Shown one piece after another: positions 59,987 through 64,000 of a DNA stretch of 64,000 bases. The stretch's first letter is position 1; each line of letters starts with the position of its first letter. Made by a program: the position numbers and the translations under genes. The notes beneath the pieces were generated by a model. That model did no database searches. It was not told where the DNA came from and was given only the letters and a program-made list of their open reading frames with translations. This DNA is from an uncultured Chloroflexia bacterium (GTDB lineage: Bacteria; Chloroflexota; Limnocylindria; Limnocylindrales; CSP1-4): positions 31,496 through 95,495 of the forward strand of contig CAWJBJ010000004.1 in NCBI GenBank assembly GCA_963841135.1, in the 5' to 3' direction.

Positions 59987-61884
59987 TCGGTCCTGAAGAA
60001 GTTGCCGCGTTCCATGAGGTCGAAGTTGCGGTAGTCCTTCTTGATCCCGAAGTGGAGCTGGTAGAAGTACTTCACGACTTCGGTGCCGGCGTTGCCCTTG
60101 GTTCGGGAGTCATACATGAACGCCATCGCGATGAGGGGCGAGTCGGTCTTGTCGAACGAGCCGTGATAGGCGTCCTTCGGCACCCAGCCGACGAACCAGG
60201 AGTGATAGGGGAGGCGGCCGCGTCGGTCCCGGTTCCCGAATTCGGCCGTGCCGGATTTGCCCGCGATCTTGATCGGCATGTCGACGAGGTTGTAGGTGTG
60301 CCGCAGCAGCACTGTGCTCCGTGCGGCATTCCGCATCGTCCGCAGGACGCTCGCCTTCGCCTTGAGCTTGCGGATGAGCTTCGGCTTGAACTCTCGGACG
60401 ACCGCGCCGTCCGCCCCGACCACCTCGCGAACGACTTGCGGCTCATAGAGCTTGCCGCCGTTCGCCAGTGCGGCGTAGGCATTGATGAGCTGGATCGGGG
60501 TGACGTTGTCGTAGCCCTGCCCGATGCTCGCCTGATACGTCTCGCCGGGGAAGATCTTGGCGCCCAACGTGGCCTGCTTCCACTCGTTGGTCGGCACGGT
60601 GCCCGACACCTCGCCCGGAAGGTCGATGCCGGTCGGCTTTCCGAAACCGTACTGGTTCGCCCAGTAGCCAAGTCGATCGATGCCGAGCATGCCGCCGACC
60701 GTGAAGAAGTACGTGTCGCTCGAGTGGCCGAACCCGCAATAGATGTCGCACGGACCGAACCCACGATGGTTCCAGTCGTAGTACTTGGTGGCACCGATCG
60801 TCAGGAAGCCCTTCGTCGCGATCTGGGTCGTCGCGGCGATCTTCTTGTCGGCCAGGCCACCGGTGCCGGCGACCAGCTTGTACGTGGATCCAGGCGGATA
60901 GTGCGCCTGGACCGCGTGGTTCAGGAGCGGCAGATCCTTGTTCTTGACGAGCTTGGTGAATTCCTTGGTGCTGATGCCGCGAGCGAAGGCGTTGTTGTCG
61001 TAGGTCGGCAGGCTGACCATCGCGAGGACCTCGCCGGTCTGCGGGTTCATGACGATGAACACGCCGCGCCTGCTGCCGATCGCCTTGATGCCCCACTTGA
61101 GGGCCTTCTCGGCCTCCTTCTGGATCTTGGTGTCGATCGTGAGCTTGAGCGAGTCGCCCGGCTTTGCGAGTGATTCGGTCGCGAGGACCTGCGTCTTCTG
61201 GCCTCGGGCGTTGCGTTCGACCCGCTCGGTGCCGTACACGCCACGGAGCGCGGTCTCGTACGAGGACTCGACACCGGCCTTGCCGAGCAGGTCGTCGGGC
61301 TGATAGCCCTGATCCCGGAGGACCGTCAGTTCCTCGGCGGAGACCGGTCCCGTGTAGCCCAGGATCTGCGACATCAACGGGCCGTCGGCGTACTCGCGTC
61401 GGGCCTCAACCACGATCTCGACGCCGGGGAGCTGCGACGACGACTCCGCGATGAGCCTCGCCGTGTTCTCATCGATGTCGTCGGCGATCCGAACGAGGTC
61501 GAAGGACGAGCCGGGATTGCTGTCGATCGCCGTGTTGATGTCCGCCGGGTCCATCCTGACCATCGCCGCGAGCCGATCGACGACCTCCGGGCGGAACTCC
61601 AGCGGCAGATCGGCCGGCCGAAGCTTGACGGCGAACGTGGGGACGTTGGTGACGAGCGGTCGCCCGGCACGGTCGTAGATGAGGCCGCGGGTCGACGGGA
61701 TCGACTCGAGGACGGTCCGATTCGCAGTCGCGAGGGTCGTGAACTCGCCGCCGTTGACCACCTGGAGATAGAAGAGCCGGGCCGTCAGACCGCCCATCGC
61801 GAGCACGATGGCGATCCCGAACACGAGGAAGCGCGACAACCGGCGCGAGGCGGGCTCCCGCCGGCCGTCGAGATACGTGTTCAC
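59983..61884 (-). CDS. mrdA: Penicillin-binding protein 2 (elongasome transpeptidase)
   Basis: N-terminal anchor LVFGIAIVLAMGGL. GSTYK (SxxK), SSD (SxD, as in E. coli PBP2), KSGTA (KxG). Confidence 0.9.
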   Translation of the reverse strand: MNTYLDGRREPASRRLSRFLVFGIAIVLAMGGLTARLFYLQVVNGGEFTTLATANRTVLESIPSTRGLIYDRAGRPLVTNVPTFAVKLRPADLPLEFRPEVVDRLAAMVRMDPADINTAIDSNPGSSFDLVRIADDIDENTARLIAESSSQLPGVEIVVEARREYADGPLMSQILGYTGPVSAEELTVLRDQGYQPDDLLGKAGVESSYETALRGVYGTERVERNARGQKTQVLATESLAKPGDSLKLTIDTKIQKEAEKALKWGIKAIGSRRGVFIVMNPQTGEVLAMVSLPTYDNNAFARGISTKEFTKLVKNKDLPLLNHAVQAHYPPGSTYKLVAGTGGLADKKIAATTQIATKGFLTIGATKYYDWNHRGFGPCDIYCGFGHSSDTYFFTVGGMLGIDRLGYWANQYGFGKPTGIDLPGEVSGTVPTNEWKQATLGAKIFPGETYQASIGQGYDNVTPIQLINAYAALANGGKLYEPQVVREVVGADGAVVREFKPKLIRKLKAKASVLRTMRNAARSTVLLRHTYNLVDMPIKIAGKSGTAEFGNRDRRGRLPYHSWFVGWVPKDAYHGSFDKTDSPLIAMAFMYDSRTKGNAGTEVVKYFYQLHFGIKKDYRNFDLMERGNFFRTE

Positions 61885-62381
61885 CAGTCGACCCGCTCGA
61901 CCTGGACGCGATGGTCGTGGATGGACACCGCCAACGGTCCGAGGAGCGTGGCCAGCACGGCGTCATACGCGGCTGGCGGCAGGATCACGCTCAACGGATC
62001 CGCGACCGGGAGCGGCGCACGAAGGGCACTGAAGAGTGCGAACAAGGCCATCGAATACACAATGCTCAGAACGAAGGTGGCGATGATCGGAGCGATCGGC
62101 CGAACCCGCGAGAAGATCCGTGCGAAGACGGACGCCCCGCCCACGCAGAGCAGGAGCGCGAACGCCGTCGATCCGAGTGGTCGTTGTGCCAATACATCAA
62201 GTGCGAGCCCTCCAACGAAGGCCCAGACAAGTCCTGCGTCCAACCCGATCGCGATCGTGACGATAAGGCCCAACACGAGCACCAGGTGCGGCTGGACCCC
62301 TCCGACGCGAAGGTACGTGGTCACGGTCAGTTCGAACAAGGCCGCCACCGTCGCACCGACTGCAGCGAGCAGCAGGGTCAT
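61881..62381 (-). CDS. mreD: Rod shape-determining protein MreD
   Basis: 166-aa protein with about 5 TM helices, LVWAFVGGLALDVLAQRPLGSTA. GTGA overlap with mrdA. Confidence 0.7.
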   Translation of the reverse strand: MTLLLAAVGATVAALFELTVTTYLRVGGVQPHLVLVLGLIVTIAIGLDAGLVWAFVGGLALDVLAQRPLGSTAFALLLCVGGASVFARIFSRVRPIAPIIATFVLSIVYSMALFALFSALRAPLPVADPLSVILPPAAYDAVLATLLGPLAVSIHDHRVQVERVDW

Positions 62382-62572
62382 TGAGCGTCGATCCTCGGCA
62401 TTCGTCCGAAGGTCGCGCGCCCGCCTCCACGGCGTCTCGACGCGATCGATTCGGCGGCGACGTCTCGGGGGAGTATCCCACGGACCCTCAGGAGCGGCAA
62501 CGGGGCGGTCCCAAACCCCGATGAGGCGTCGATTGCAAGAGCCTCCGAGGACGGTCTAGGCGTGAGCGCGGT

Positions 62573-62588
62573 TGTTTCACGTGAAACA
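62573..62588. promoter_or_regulatory. parS: parS site 1, perfect palindrome TGTTTCACGTGAAACA
   Basis: Exact match to the conserved ParB-binding consensus TGTTNCACGTGAAACA. Confidence 0.9.
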
Positions 62589-62619
62589 GGCAACGGGCAA
62601 GGGACTCAGCGGACTCAGG

Positions 62620-62635
62620 TGTTTCACGTGAAACG
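62620..62635. promoter_or_regulatory. parS: parS site 2, TGTTTCACGTGAAACG
   Basis: 15 of 16 positions match the palindrome; 47 bp from site 1. Confidence 0.85.
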
Positions 62636-62667
62636 GCATCTCGGCGTCTCGGCCGCGCACGAACCCA

Positions 62668-62683
62668 TGCTTCACGTGAAACA
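62668..62683. promoter_or_regulatory. parS: parS site 3, TGCTTCACGTGAAACA
   Basis: 15 of 16 positions match the palindrome; 48 bp from site 2. Confidence 0.85.
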
Positions 62684-62773
62684 TCCCGCGGTGAGCGTCA
62701 GATGGTCGGGGGTGAAGCCGCACATGCGACGATGACACCCGATCCGCCCGAGCCGAGGTCAAACCGCTTCCGA

Positions 62774-62782
62774 TGGTAGAAT
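62774..62782 (+). promoter_or_regulatory. Candidate extended -10 promoter element for parA
   Basis: TGGTAGAAT (TGn + TAGAAT), about 37 nt upstream of GTG 62819. Confidence 0.4.
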
Positions 62783-62818
62783 CAGAGCACCGTGAGAGTC
62801 TTCGGGGCAGGTCACTGA

Positions 62819-63655
62819 GTGGGCCGAACGATCGCCTGTGCGAACCAGAAGGGCGGCGTCGGCAAGACCACGACGGTGGTCAATCTCGCGAGCTATCTCG
62901 CGCTCGCTGGTGAGCGGGTCCTGGTCATCGACCTGGATCCACAGGGGAACGCGACGAGCGGCCTGGGACTCGACAGGACGACGTTCGAATTCTCGATCTA
63001 CGACGCCATCGTCGACGAGATGCCGCTCGAGCCGATCATCGTGCGTGGACCGCTCGGCATGGATGTCGTCCCTTCGGCCGTCGCTCTCGCGGGCGCCGAA
63101 GTGGAGCTGGCACCCGTCGAGGCACGAGAGCGGCGACTCGCAACGCTCATTCGACCCATCGCCGATCGCTACGACTTCATCTTCATCGATTGCCCGCCGT
63201 CACTCGGGCTCCTCACCGTCAATGCCCTGACCGCCGCCGGTTCTGTGCTGATCCCGCTCCAATGTGAGTACTACGCCCTGGAGGGACTGACCCAGCTGCT
63301 TGCCACCGTCAATCTCATTCGCGACAACCTCAACCCCGATCTCGAACTCGAAGGCGTCCTGCTGACGATGTACGACAGCCGGACGAATCTGTCGGCCGAT
63401 GTGGCTGCAGAAGCGCGACGACACCTGGGACCGTCGATCTTCGACACCGTCGTCCCGCGCAGCGTCCGGCTTTCCGAAGCGCCAAGCCACGGCCAGCCGA
63501 TCGCCGTGTACCGGCCCGACTCCGCCGGGGCAGCGGCCTACCGCGCGCTGGCCGACGAGTTCCGGCGGCGCTCGGATCGTGACGGCCGGGCCCTGAACGA
63601 TGTCGCCGGACCACCCGCGGTGCCCGCGGACAGCCTCGAAGAGATGGTGTCATGA
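62819..63655 (+). CDS. parA: Chromosome partitioning ATPase ParA/Soj
   Basis: IACANQKGGVGKTTTVVNLA (deviant Walker A), VLVIDLDPQGNAT, FIFIDCPPSLG. Confidence 0.95.
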   Translation: MGRTIACANQKGGVGKTTTVVNLASYLALAGERVLVIDLDPQGNATSGLGLDRTTFEFSIYDAIVDEMPLEPIIVRGPLGMDVVPSAVALAGAEVELAPVEARERRLATLIRPIADRYDFIFIDCPPSLGLLTVNALTAAGSVLIPLQCEYYALEGLTQLLATVNLIRDNLNPDLELEGVLLTMYDSRTNLSADVAAEARRHLGPSIFDTVVPRSVRLSEAPSHGQPIAVYRPDSAGAAAYRALADEFRRRSDRDGRALNDVAGPPAVPADSLEEMVS

Positions 63656-64000
63656 CCGTGCGATCCGAACGATCGGCGAGCCTCGGCCGCGGCCTCGCGT
63701 CGCTGATCCCGCAGCGCCACGCCGGGCACCCAGGGCCGATCGAGATCCCCACGGCCCGGATCCGAATGAACCCGCATCAGCCGCGCAAGCGGGTCAACGA
63801 CGCTGCGCTGGCGACGCTCACCGCCAGCATCGCCGAGCACGGCATCATCCAGCCGATCCTCGTGACCGAGACCATCGATGGCTACCAGCTCGTCGCCGGC
63901 GAACGACGGCTGCGCGCGGCGATGGCCGCCGGCCTCGATCGGATCCCGGCCGTGGTCCGCCAGCTTGCCGACCGTGAGCAACTCGAGCTGGCCCTCGTCG
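63652..64000 (+). CDS. parB: Chromosome partitioning protein ParB/Spo0J (5' part, continues past the window)
   Basis: LGRGLASLIP, NPHQPRK, IAEHGIIQPILV, LVAGERRLRAA. ATGA overlap with parA. Confidence 0.9.
   Translation, partial: MTVRSERSASLGRGLASLIPQRHAGHPGPIEIPTARIRMNPHQPRKRVNDAALATLTASIAEHGIIQPILVTETIDGYQLVAGERRLRAAMAAGLDRIPAVVRQLADREQLELALV

Noticed and set aside
62577-62762. Small ORFs encoding FHVKH-containing peptides (62577-62762 and 62378-62593, minus strand)
   Set aside because: They are artefacts of translating the parS palindromes (TTTCACGTGAAAC reads as FHVKH). No SD or coding signal is present.
62381-62818. Replication origin (oriC) next to parS/parA
   Set aside because: I found no DnaA-box-like TT(A/G)TCCACA motifs and no AT-rich unwinding element in the 437-bp region. 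dnaA/dnaN are not in the window. The parS sites only indicate proximity to the origin.

Overview
Very GC-rich chromosomal segment (third codon positions are almost always G/C; GC not computed). Gene content and synteny look like a monoderm, Actinomycetota-like (Terrabacteria) genome. No rRNA, tRNA, CRISPR array, transposase or integrase was recognised.

Layout, left to right:
(1) 1-4.1 kb: 5' part of a giant secreted FN3-repeat surface protein with tandem C-terminal modules. Its reading frame is heavily broken.
(2) 4.3-11.3 kb: envelope-glycan cluster with two DUF2029/GT87-like and two GT39/PMT_2-like GT-C glycosyltransferases plus a membrane alkaline-phosphatase-superfamily enzyme.
(3) 11.3-22.1 kb: secretin-less Tad/Flp pilus island. 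It encodes four Flp pilins, CpaB, REC-fused CpaE/TadZ, CpaF/TadA, TadB, TadC and DUF192. It is preceded by, and translationally coupled to, a soluble DegS/DegU-like two-component system and a degenerate kinase paralog.
(4) 22.1-23.2 kb: a ~1 kb cassette bounded by a perfect 20-bp direct repeat, carrying an HTH + PD-(D/E)XK nuclease-like gene.
(5) 23.2-30.7 kb: housekeeping genes comFC, hpf, an ArsR/DUF2087 regulator, nfo, a third GT39-like gene, an XRE regulator, a UPF0104 membrane protein and a PHP phosphoesterase.
(6) 30.8-53.3 kb, minus strand: the conserved block rplU-rpmA-rpmE-DUF1385-prfA-(debranching enzyme)-prmC-(HAD)-tsaC-glyA-wecA-(PKD membrane protein)-atpIBEFHAGDC-murA-mreB.
(7) 53.4-58.7 kb: miscellaneous genes.
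(8) 58.8-62.4 kb: the mreD-mrdA-rodA operon.
(9) 62.6-64.0 kb: three regularly spaced parS sites upstream of parA-parB.

A striking property of the sequence itself is that apparent frameshifts are strongly clustered. There are at least 21 in 42.3-51.9 kb (hitting wecA, glyA, tsaC, prmC, prfA and others) and many in 1-4.1 kb, but none in about 22 kb between 4.3 and 26.2 kb.

The best candidate for an undescribed system is the Tad/Flp island with its multi-layer phospho-signalling wiring and its operon-level link to GT-C glycosyltransferases. The direct-repeat-bounded nuclease cassette is second.
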